From Azolla caroliniana (taxonomy: Eukaryota; Plantae; Polypodiophyta): a stretch of DNA of 64,000 bases. Each line of letters begins with the position of its first letter. Within the stretch, counting starts at the first letter, position 1. Under the pieces are notes generated by a model. It did no database searches and was not told where the DNA came from. It was given only the letters and a program-made list of their open reading frames with translations. The DNA lies in the NCBI GenBank assembly GCA_043228905.1, contig JBHGNT010000017.1, forward strand, positions 9,920,001 to 9,984,000, given 5' to 3'. Positions 1 to 9,469 of the stretch are shown piece by piece. The position numbers and the translations under genes are program-made.

Positions 1-2
1 TC

Positions 3-1256
3 TTGCATTTTTTCCACAAGGAGGTCGACCAGACGACAATGGTGGGCCTGTTTTATACGATCCGATAGGAGGCAGGGGAAAGCATTCCCCAATTCGTCAT
101 CCGTTTCCAACGAATGCATAGCCAGCTTGCCCGTGCACCCCCGGAGGAGGAATTACGGACGATATTTTTAAACGCACTCCGGGAACCGTTACGCACGGTG
201 TGTACGGTAATCGACTTTCGAGGAAGCACCATTGACCAGGTCATTGACCGGGTCAGAGAAATGGAAAAGTCAAGCTCATGGCTTACACTGGGAACACTGC
301 AACGGGCGTTACCCACCGATGAAGATCTCCGGTTCCGGCAGGCAATTCAATGCACAATCTGCTTGAATGTCGGACACTCGGCAGTGGAGTGCACCATGCG
401 AACTCAGTGTGTGATTTGTCAATCCAAGAGTCATACAACGGACCGGTGCGAGTATAACCTGTTAAACCGACAAGCACCACCCGTCCGACGGATCGAGCCA
501 TCGTCGTCGTCCCAAAGAGTGGGCTTCATCCGGCCGGTAAAGAAAGCGACGTGGCTGAGCCCCATCGTCGTCGTCCCAAAGAAGAACGGTAAAATCCGCG
601 TGTGTGTAGATTACAGGAAACTAAATGCAGCCACAATTACGGATGCATTCCCTCTTCCGTTCACGGATGGATTACTGGATGCCGTCGCCGGCCATGAAGT
701 TTATAGCTTTTTAGACGGGTTCAGCGGATACAATCAAATCCGGATGCACCCTGACGACCAGGAGAAGACAGCGTTCGTCACCGAATGGGGGGTGTTTGTG
801 GCCGAAGTAATGATGTTCGGATTAAAAACGGCACCAGCAACTTTCCAGCGAATCATCATGGAGATCTTCGGCGAATACATTCCAGCCTTCATGCAGGTGT
901 TCCTGGATGACTTTGCAGTCTATAGCCGGGAAAAAGACCATTTGCAGCACCTACGGTTATGCCTTGAAAAGTGTAGGTTATACCGGCTAAGCTTAAAACC
1001 ACCAAAATGCATCTTTGGGGTTTCAAGTGGAATCTTACTGGGACACATTGTAAGTAAGGAGGGCATTGCGGTCGACCCGGACAAAGTAAACGCGATACTA
1101 GGGGCACCGGCGCCGAAAACGGCCAAAGCACTAAGCCGATTCTTAGGACAGATCCGGTGGCACAGCCGGATGCTCCGTCACTTGGCTGACTTGGCTACAC
1201 CATTACACACCGTGGTACATCGGACACCATTCCAATGGAACGGATACGGAGGATAA
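3..1256 (+). pseudogene. G1 gag C-terminus (two CCHC knuckles) fused in frame to reverse transcriptase; protease region deleted
   Basis: CTICLNVGHSAVEC and CVICQSKSHTTDRC; RT motifs WLSPIVVVPKK, CVDYRKLN, FLDGFSGYNQI, MMFGL, FLDD. In-frame TAG at 66-68 and a +1 frameshift near 1239. Confidence 0.9.
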
Positions 1257-1281
1257 GGCATACAATGCCCTGAAGGTACTT

Positions 1282-3207
1282 TTGTCGCAAGCACCCGTCG
1301 TGCAGCCTCCGGATTGGAGCAAGGAATTTCATGTGTTCGTTGACGCTTCCGACATCGCTATCGGCAGCGCCTTAATGCAACTTACGGAGCCCAAATGGTA
1401 CCGGCCGGTATATTACGCCAGCCGGAAGCTGTCCCAAGCGGAGAAGAACTATTCGACTACGGAACGGGATGCCCTGGGCATGATCTACAGTCTCACAAAG
1501 TTTCGTCATTACCTATTGGGAAGGAAGTTCTCCTTTCATGTGGATCACTCGGCGCTCCTGTACTTAGTGTCCAAGGCGTCCCTGACCGGTAAGTTGGCCC
1601 GTTGGACCTTGCTGTTACAGGAGTTCGAATTCGAGATCTTCCACCGGCCCGGTATCCAGCATGCCGTAGCAGACTACCTGAGCCGGTTAGAGTCCGGAGA
1701 ATCAGGCGACGGAGTATCGAATGAATTCCCGGACGCAGAGTTATTCCGTATCACCCCGGAAACGGCAGCGGACGACACGGTGGCATCAGAAGATAGGTGG
1801 CTGACAAACATGCACCAGTTCCTAAGCACGGGCCTGCCACCGGAGGAAATGAACCGGGACGAGAGGAAACGACTGGCGGTGCAGAGCCGCAATTTCTGTC
1901 TGTTGCGGGACACTCTCTACCACAAAGGAGCAGTTGGAATATGGAGACGGGCAGTCCGTAGTGACGAGAAACAAGTAATCTTACGGGAAGCACACTGTGG
2001 GGTTCCCGGAGGACACTATGCCGGGGAAGCGACGGCAAGGAAAGTATGGCAGAGCGGCTTATGGTGGCCCACGACGTTAAAAGATGCCGTCAAGTATGCT
2101 AAGGAATGTGACCTATGCCATCGAATGGGCCAGCCTACGGAGCAAGCACGGATGCCACACCAACCGGTACTTCCACTAGAGCCATTCCAGAAGTGGGGGT
2201 TGGATTTTGTCGGACCGTTCAAGCCACCGGCAATGAGAACGGGTAATCGTTATGTCATCGTGGCAACAGATTATTGCACTAAATGGGTGGAGGCTAAGGC
2301 CTTGAGAGACAACACCGCGTCTTCCACAGCAAAATTCCTGTACGAGAACATTTGGTGCCGATATGGATGTCCGATTGAATTAATCAGCGACCAAGGAGGG
2401 CACTTCCTCGGCCAGGTAGTTGAAAGCTTAACAACGTTCTATGCCGTGGTCCATAAACGGAGCACACCGTACTACCCACAAGCGAACGGGTTAGCAGAGT
2501 CCACCAACAAAACGCTGCAGAACATTCTCCGCAAAATCGTCAATGAAAACCGGACGGACTGGGATACAAAGCTCCATAGCGCGCTATGGGCGTACCGAAC
2601 GGCATACAAAACAAGTATCCGGACAACGCCGTTCCGGTTAGCGTTCGGCTTAGAGGCGGTCATGCCGGTGGAATTTCAGGTACCAAGCTTACGTATCCAA
2701 CTACGGGAACGGCTGAATGAAAAGGAGTCGGAGGAAATGCGGCTAGCAGCACTATGCGAACTGGAGGAGCAACGGCTGGCCAGCATCCTACACATGGAAC
2801 TGGAGCAACGACGACGGAAAGCGTTCGTTGACCGTCACCGGAAAGGTAATGAGAAGATGTTCGAAATCGGAAAGCCGGTGCTAGTATTCCAAACGAGGAT
2901 GGGCAAGATGCCGGGTAAACTCCGGTTTAGATGGACAGGCCCGTATTGGCTGACACAGGAATACAACGGGTCCTATCAATTAGGGACACTTGCCGGTGAA
3001 GTGCTAGGCAAGTGGGTCAACGGATTTAGACTAAAGCCCTATAAAGGACCGATGCCGAATAACCCGTTTATGCAGCCCACCGGCACTATACCGGGAACGG
3101 TACGGATGGAAGAAAAAAACGACGGGGAACCCGTAGCAGAAGCAAAGGAAGACACGGCAACCCGTAAGGAAAACAGTAAGGGTCCGAAGGGACCTACAGA
3201 TGTGTAA
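1282..3207 (+). CDS. G1 pol: RNase H and integrase
   Basis: RH motifs FVDASD, YYASRKL, NYSTTE, VDHSAL; integrase HHCC, WGLDFVGP, LISDQG, QANGLAE, WTGPY. Confidence 0.92.
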   Translation: MSQAPVVQPPDWSKEFHVFVDASDIAIGSALMQLTEPKWYRPVYYASRKLSQAEKNYSTTERDALGMIYSLTKFRHYLLGRKFSFHVDHSALLYLVSKASLTGKLARWTLLLQEFEFEIFHRPGIQHAVADYLSRLESGESGDGVSNEFPDAELFRITPETAADDTVASEDRWLTNMHQFLSTGLPPEEMNRDERKRLAVQSRNFCLLRDTLYHKGAVGIWRRAVRSDEKQVILREAHCGVPGGHYAGEATARKVWQSGLWWPTTLKDAVKYAKECDLCHRMGQPTEQARMPHQPVLPLEPFQKWGLDFVGPFKPPAMRTGNRYVIVATDYCTKWVEAKALRDNTASSTAKFLYENIWCRYGCPIELISDQGGHFLGQVVESLTTFYAVVHKRSTPYYPQANGLAESTNKTLQNILRKIVNENRTDWDTKLHSALWAYRTAYKTSIRTTPFRLAFGLEAVMPVEFQVPSLRIQLRERLNEKESEEMRLAALCELEEQRLASILHMELEQRRRKAFVDRHRKGNEKMFEIGKPVLVFQTRMGKMPGKLRFRWTGPYWLTQEYNGSYQLGTLAGEVLGKWVNGFRLKPYKGPMPNNPFMQPTGTIPGTVRMEEKNDGEPVAEAKEDTATRKENSKGPKGPTDV

Positions 3208-3221
3208 GATCACATACCGTC

Positions 3222-3292
3222 ATTTATAAAAATAAAAATAAAATAAAAAAAAATAAAATAATAATAATAATAATAATAAAAAGAAATCATTA
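3222..3292. repeat. (AAAAT)n/(AAT)n A-rich tract in the pol-eORF spacer
   Basis: Directly visible. Confidence 0.85.
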
Positions 3293-3613
3293 AAAATCGA
3301 GGTATGAACGGACGTGAAAGCAAGGAGCGAAAAGGTACGAAGTGGGCATTTAAGAGCCGCCACGCTACTTAATACTAAAATGGTACACGACGTGTGCATG
3401 CTCGGAAAAGGCGCCAAGACTCACAGAGAAAAAGCAGAACGCATGGAGATCTTTTCATTTCGCGAGCCAAGAAGCACAGAAGCACCAAGGCAGTGGAAGC
3501 TTAGCAAACGCGAACTTGCGCTCAGAGAACCCCCACGTTCGGAACTCTCTCTCTCTCGCTCTCACTCTCATCACCACTCTACCTCGCCATCTTTCCTCGA
3601 CCTCGAAGCAGAC

Positions 3614-6283
3614 ATGGACCCACAAACGCTGTCGGAAGCGGCCAGGAAATGGCTCAGGCAACACGGACTGGATGGGTTCTTGACCATCATGGAGGCACCA
3701 CCGCACAAAGAAGCCGACCGGGTCATCAAGGAGCTCGACACGGAAGTCATCACCGAGGAAGCGATCCGTGCGCTAACCGGCCTTCCGGAGGGAGGTATCT
3801 TTCAGATCGATAACCCAACCTCGGAGAAACTCATCCGATATTTCGGTGAGTACTCTCTAGCCGGCAAAGGCTATCAAACGCAGGGCGGCGAAGATCCTCT
3901 ATTCAGGGAGATAGCTCGAGTGCTCCATGAGTACGGCCACATGTACCCCCGACCCCCGGTCATGCCAAAAAATCGGGCAGGGATGATCATAGCCACCTAT
4001 GAAGGGACCAAGGTGAATTGGGCGGTGTTGATTGCAGACGGTTTGTGCGCGGCAATCGACATGGTACGAGGAAAGGACGGCAAGGAGGGCCGGAAGCTGT
4101 GGCATGCCGTAGCTCAGTGGATAACATTGCTCGTGCCGCCGGTCGAGACCGTCCAGCCAAAGAAGCGGCCAAGATTATCGGAAGGAAGCACCTCGAAACC
4201 CGCGTCCAAACGACAGCAGCTGCTGGCGTCGAAGGCGACGAAAGGGAAGAAACGGCTCCCAGAACCGGAGGAGGTGTCACCGGTCCTACCCGTTAAGATA
4301 ACCATACGGAGACCGGGACAGAAGGAACCGGAACCCTTGACGACACAGATACATGCCGTTACCCAGGAAGTGGAAACGGAGGAGCCAGTTGAGCACCTCC
4401 AACGACGGTCAAGAAGTAGGACCGCCGGGACAGCGGGGGAGCGTTCGGACCCGCAAAAGGAAGAAACGCCCCCAACTCAACCTGAGCAAACCGCAAGGGA
4501 GGAACCGGAACCGGTGCGTGTAGAACCGGCCTTGTCGACTTCTATACCAGAAGTCATTCCAACGGCTCCGGAGACGGCGAGAACCGGAACTCAACAGCCG
4601 GCGAGCCCAGCCAGCACACACAGCGGCCAAGGAGTAGAACCAGAACGGCAGATACAGGCACTCAGGCCAGACAATTCCACAAAGAACGAGCCGACCCGAC
4701 CAGTACAGCAGCAAGGCACCAGTAGCATGTGGCTACGGTGGGTAGGCGAGCAGATCGTCGGAGCAGTCGAGTACATAGAGGCGGAGGAGAGAGCGCACCA
4801 CGAACGGTTGCTCGTCACAACCGTAGATCTAGAGACGGCCCGGTCCAGAATCCGGAGCCTTGAACAAGACTTGGACAGGGTCACAAGCGAAATGGCTCAA
4901 TTGGCTTTGACAACACAAGTCCAAGCACCGGTGACTCCGGGCAATGTACAGAATAAAGCGTCAGATCAACCTGTACATAGCAATCAGACCCCGGCAACGG
5001 AAACCGTTCCGGAGAGAAATGCGGCACAAGCCCAAGAGCTTGCGGACTTAAAGGATGAGCTAGCTGCCCAAGAAGCGCTGAGGAGCCGCGAAAGAGAGTT
5101 GAAGACGGCAGCGGAGGCAGAACTCAAAAAGACTGCTGAGAATCTACGCCGGGCCGAGGAGAGCTTACGAAAAGGCCACCAAGCGTACGACCGGCTCAAG
5201 GAGGAAAAGGAGAAAATGCTGCAAGAGAAGGACAGGCTCCGGAGAAACGCCGAAACAGAAGTAGAGCGCCTGAAAGAGGAACTCCGGCAGCTAAAGGACC
5301 GGGAGGACCGGAACCATCGCCAGATCAACGGCAAGCTCAAACAAAAAACGGAGGAATTTGAGCACTTGCACCGGGAGTATAAACGGTTGCAAACGGAGCA
5401 CAAGGAACGGACGGATGAGCTCCGGCAAGCAGTTGATCGGACCGCAACGGCATACGCTAAGGAACCAGCGGAAACCAGAAGACGGTTGGAAGAGGCGGAG
5501 AAGGTTCGGACAGAGCTCCTCAGGCAACAACAGGCGGAAAAAGTAAGAGCGGCGGAGGTACTGCAGAGGCTGCAAACAACATATCAAGGGCAGCTGACGC
5601 GCTACAGAGAGCAGGCGGAGGATACGGCTAATCTCATCAAGCAGTTGAAGGAGGAACGACAAGTTGTGGAAAGTAGAGCGCAAATGGGAGCAAGTCACAT
5701 CCAGGATATCATGCGGGCCTGGTTGAACCAGACCAAGAGCTTGATTGACAACGGTTCCGTCAAATGGTGGACCAAGTGGGCCACGAACGCGGCGGAACTC
5801 CAATTGCTCCGGGCCGACGTAGAGAACCGGCGGAAGGAGGGAGATGATTGCTATATGCTGACTTCCGAAGACTTCACCGGCATAAGAGATGAGCTGGCCG
5901 AAGACTTTCAAGCCTTGGCAGAGGACCAACTAGGGCAAGTCTGGCAACTTGTAGCTCAGCTGGACGACGACAGGCTGGAGGCGCAGATCCAGTTTGAAAG
6001 CTACGAGAGGTCCCGGATCCGGGAAGAGAAAGAACGAGAACCGGTTACGGTCAACCTCAGTGATGAGGAACCGTTACTGGAAGGAGACCGGACTGGAAGC
6101 AGTCAAACGGGGATGCCGGAGTCAGAGAAACAAACGGAGCAGCCGCCTATAGAGCAGCCGGAGCAGTCTCAGTCCCAACCGCAACCACAGCAGCAGCAAC
6201 AAGCACAGCCGCAACAACCACAACCGGAAGAACAATTGGAAACTCTGGAACTAAGTATTTTGGACAATTTGGGTGAACAATGA
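3614..6283 (+). CDS. G1 extra ORF (eORF, about 889 aa): conserved N-terminal domain, basic/Pro-rich linker, long coiled coil, conserved C-terminal domain
   Basis: Open frame 3314-6283. Start placed at ATG 3614 because MDPQTLSEAARKWLRQHGLDG aligns with the G2 start MPIPVSNRLRQWLSNNGLEG (27244, minus). Confidence 0.85.
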   Translation: MDPQTLSEAARKWLRQHGLDGFLTIMEAPPHKEADRVIKELDTEVITEEAIRALTGLPEGGIFQIDNPTSEKLIRYFGEYSLAGKGYQTQGGEDPLFREIARVLHEYGHMYPRPPVMPKNRAGMIIATYEGTKVNWAVLIADGLCAAIDMVRGKDGKEGRKLWHAVAQWITLLVPPVETVQPKKRPRLSEGSTSKPASKRQQLLASKATKGKKRLPEPEEVSPVLPVKITIRRPGQKEPEPLTTQIHAVTQEVETEEPVEHLQRRSRSRTAGTAGERSDPQKEETPPTQPEQTAREEPEPVRVEPALSTSIPEVIPTAPETARTGTQQPASPASTHSGQGVEPERQIQALRPDNSTKNEPTRPVQQQGTSSMWLRWVGEQIVGAVEYIEAEERAHHERLLVTTVDLETARSRIRSLEQDLDRVTSEMAQLALTTQVQAPVTPGNVQNKASDQPVHSNQTPATETVPERNAAQAQELADLKDELAAQEALRSRERELKTAAEAELKKTAENLRRAEESLRKGHQAYDRLKEEKEKMLQEKDRLRRNAETEVERLKEELRQLKDREDRNHRQINGKLKQKTEEFEHLHREYKRLQTEHKERTDELRQAVDRTATAYAKEPAETRRRLEEAEKVRTELLRQQQAEKVRAAEVLQRLQTTYQGQLTRYREQAEDTANLIKQLKEERQVVESRAQMGASHIQDIMRAWLNQTKSLIDNGSVKWWTKWATNAAELQLLRADVENRRKEGDDCYMLTSEDFTGIRDELAEDFQALAEDQLGQVWQLVAQLDDDRLEAQIQFESYERSRIREEKEREPVTVNLSDEEPLLEGDRTGSSQTGMPESEKQTEQPPIEQPEQSQSQPQPQQQQQAQPQQPQPEEQLETLELSILDNLGEQ

Positions 6284-6295
6284 AGGGGCCGAGAA

Positions 6296-6333
6296 GGGTT
6301 CGACGTACAAGGTACTGTCCCACGGGCGTGCCA
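6296..6333 (+). ncRNA. tRNA-3'-half mimic in the PPT position (G1 copy)
   Basis: GGG TTCGA C GTAC-AAG-GTAC T GT CCCAC GGGCGTG CCA, then 2 nt, then LTR TGTTA. Confidence 0.7.
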
Positions 6334-6335
6334 TG

Positions 6336-6754
6336 TGTTACCGGCCGGCAAGGAGTCCAAAATACGGAGTGAAGGAATTAATTAAGTATGGTTGTAAATA
6401 AGCATAGTGTGGACGGACGGACTGGAAACGGTATGCCGTTCCAGATCCGGACGGATCCCGAATAGGTGCGATAGGCACCGTTTTGTACTACGGGCCGGAA
6501 ACCTATTTAAAGGCCCGGACCCCATTGTAATCGCAACGGATAATTAATAGAGCATATGGTGTTTATACTTCTGTGTTGATTTCCGTTATGTACTTACTGT
6601 TATATCTTACGCGTGTAATTAACAAAAGCGATCTAATCGTGTAACCTACGTAAGTCGGTGTAATCGTTGAGTCATAATCCTATGCCGTAATCACCCTTTG
6701 GTGAAGTGTCTCTGTGACACCTTGTGTTAGGCCTTGTCCGGTCAGAGAATAACA
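6336..6754 (+). repeat. G1 3' LTR (419 bp)
   Basis: TGTTA...TAACA termini; TATA-like CCTATTTAAAGG near 6502. Confidence 0.85.
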
Positions 6755-9343
6755 GCTCGCCGACTAGGAGTCGGAGAAGAAGGTAATGAACTCCGAGTCG
6801 ACCGGTAAGGATAGACTCTACAATGAGCAGACCCAACCGGCAAGAGACCGGTTAGCACTCGAGGAACCAGCCGGTTACGGTGATGATACCGAACCGGCAG
6901 AAGAAGAAGTAGAGGAAGCTGAGACCGGAACCGGTCAAGACCCCGAATCGGATTCGGATGAAGAGCAAATGGAGGAACCGGTTACCGAAGCCCGAAGACG
7001 TAGATATCCTCTCAGAGAGAGAAGGGCGCCCTGGAGATTTCCGGATGCAGAGCATGTCCTGCTGACCGATGAGGGGGAGCCGGAAAGCTTCGAAGAAGCG
7101 AAGGAAGACACCCACAGCCCAAAATGGTTAAGTGCCATGCAGGATGAGATGGATTCCCTACATGAGAACCATACGTACGAATTGGTGGAGCTGCCGAAAG
7201 GAAAGCGGGCACTCCGAAACAAGTGGGTGTTCAAGTTGAAACTGGGAGATGCCGGCAACCCCCCGAGACACAAAGCCCGGATCGTGGTGAAGGGGTTCCA
7301 GCAGAAGAAGGGCGTGGACTTCGATGAAATATTCGCCCCGGTAGTAAAGATGACCTCCATCCGGACGGTGCTAAGTATAGCAACAAGCATGGATCTCGAG
7401 GTAGAGCAGCTGGACGTGAAGACGGCATTCCTCCACGGCGACCTCGAAGAGGAAATCTACATGCAGCAACCGGAAGGATTTGTGGAGAAAGGGAAGGAGC
7501 ACCTGGTATGCCGATTGAAGAAGAGCCTGTACGGACTGAAGCAGGCTCCCCGGCAATGGTACCGGAAGCTCGACTCCTTCATGACCGATCAAGGGTACCA
7601 TAAGACGCAGGCCGATCACTGCGTGTTCGTGAAGAAGTTCGAAGGAGGTGACTTCCTGATACTTCTCCTGTACGTGGATGACATGTTGATCGTCGGATGC
7701 TGAAGAAGGCTCTCAACCGGACCTTCTCAATGAAAGACTTGGGTCCGGCAAGACAGATGTTGGGGATGCACATCATTCGGGACCGGTCAGTGAAGCAATT
7801 ATGGCTGTCACAGGAGAAGTATGTGACAAAGGTGCTTCACCGGTTCAACATGTCAGATGCAAAACCGGTCGGATCGACACTTCCGGCAAACTGCAAGTTG
7901 TCCGGCAAGCAAAGCCCGAAGACAAAAGGAGAGAAGGCAGATATGATGAAGATTCCATATGCCTCTGCCGTCGGGAGCTTGATGTATGCAATGGTTTGTA
8001 CCCGACCGGACATTGGATACGCAGTCGGAGTGGTGAGCCGGTTCATGAGTAATCCTGGCAAGGAGCATTGAAACGCGGTCAAATGGATACTCCGGTATTT
8101 GAAGGTCACTTCAAATATGTGTCTCCGATTCGGCTCCGGGAAACCTCAACTGGACGGTTTCACCGATTCGGACATGTCGGCTGATGTGGATACCAGCCGG
8201 TCTACATCCGGGTATGTGATGACATATGCAGGGGGAGCTGTTTCGTGGCAGTCGAGGCTGCAGAAGACGGTTGCATTGTCAACCATAGAGGCGGAGTACA
8301 TGGCGACTGTAGAAGCCGGCAAGGAAATATTATGGATGAAGGACTTCATCGGAGAGCTCGGTATCCGGCAAGAGGAATACCGACTCTATTGCGACAGTCA
8401 AAGTGCCATCCACCTTGCTAAGAATGCGGCCTACCATTCCCGGACGAAGCATATCCAGCGGAGGTATCACTGGATCCGGGAAAGGGTAGATGACCAGGAG
8501 TTCGCACTGACGAAGATCCACACGGCCGAGAACGGGTCAGATATGCTGACCAAAGTGCTGACACCCGACAAGCTGGACGCATGCCGGAAGAGGATCGGGC
8601 TGGAAAGACACCCCATGCCGGAGTGAAGGGGGAGTTTGTTGGGAGACAGGTCCCTCCGGATGGGAAGGGAGAAGAACAGTGCCGACGAACAATCTCGGCC
8701 GAGGCTGAAACCGGATGAGGAGGCTACGGAGAGCCGGATGGTGCAGACCCGGTATGAACCGGATGGGGAGTACCCGACTGCGGAGAGCCGGATGGTGTAG
8801 GCCCGGTATGAACCGGATGGGGAGTACCCGACTACGGAGAGCCGGATGGTGCAGGCCCGGTATGAACCGGAGGAAGAGACATATTCGTAAATATGTTTCT
8901 GAGAGGCCATCGAGGCTACATTTATAAATAGCCGAAAAGCCATATTAGTATAAATATGACTTAGGGCAAACTTTTAGAGTTGTTGTGTCGTTTCTGTTGT
9001 TGTGATTCTTCCTTGTTGGTGCAAGAAGAAGAGAGAGCGCGTAACTGTACAGAGAGAGAGAGAGAGACGAGGTCGTTGCCTCTGTTGTAACCGCCGCCTA
9101 TGGCGAAGATCTGAGAGCACGAGGTCGTTGCCTCAGTGAACTCACTGTTGTATATTCCTACATAGTGACAGTTTGTAGCCTGTGGGCTGCCGTGGTTTTT
9201 CCCCTATTTTGGGGTTTTCCACGTAAACCTCCTGTGTACCATTTCTCCCCTTTGTGTCGCGTTTCATTACCTGTTTTTCTGTGTATGAAAAGAATCTCGG
9301 TTGTGGCCGAGCGTCGGACATAAGGAACGTCGTGTTCTCAACA
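6755..9343 (+). mobile_element. Copia A: 3' half of a Tork/Tnt1-like Ty1/copia element (RT, RNase H, PPT, 3' LTR)
   Basis: ORFs 6786-7703, 7697-8071, 8099-8626 carry QLDVKTAFLHG, LYGLKQAP, YVDD, RTKHIQRRYHW, NGSDMLTK. A 22-bp deletion at a CGGA microhomology near 7695 shifts the frame. PPT GAAGGGGGAG at 8625-8634. Confidence 0.9.
8637..9343 (+). repeat. Copia A 3' LTR, with a 54-bp tandem repeat (about 3 units, 8711-8870) in U3
   Basis: Starts TGTTGGG after the PPT; TATAAATA near 8950; probable end TCAACA at 9343. Confidence 0.78.
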
Positions 9344-9469
9344 TAACACACATCTATTCCGCTACACAAGAATCACCATTGATTCTTTACAGTATAGTTT
9401 CCTCCCTACCCTGAAATGCCTAAATAGAACAACGAAGAAGTGGAAGAAACCTATAGAAACCTATCCTAC

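Larger units (their letters stand above)
1..6754 (+). mobile_element. G1: Athila-like non-chromovirus Ty3/gypsy element (5' end outside window): gag tail, RT, RNase H, integrase, extra ORF, 3' LTR; inserted in copia A
   Basis: Domain order RT-RH-INT with no chromodomain; the 3' LTR ends TAACA at 6754 and copia pol coding sequence resumes at once. Confidence 0.92.

Noticed and set aside
3314-3613. GTG-started N-terminal extension of the eORF
   Set aside because: Homology to G2 begins at ATG 3614; the upstream part includes a CT microsatellite typical of a leader.
6281-6298. Purine-rich TGAAGGGGCCGAGAAGGG as the G1 PPT
   Set aside because: It lies about 38 nt from the LTR, and the equivalent positions in G2 and G4 are not purine-rich.
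8711-8870. CRISPR-like array (also 17560-18300 and 60165-60285)
   Set aside because: Head-to-tail tandem repeats without unique spacers, no cas genes, eukaryotic TE context.
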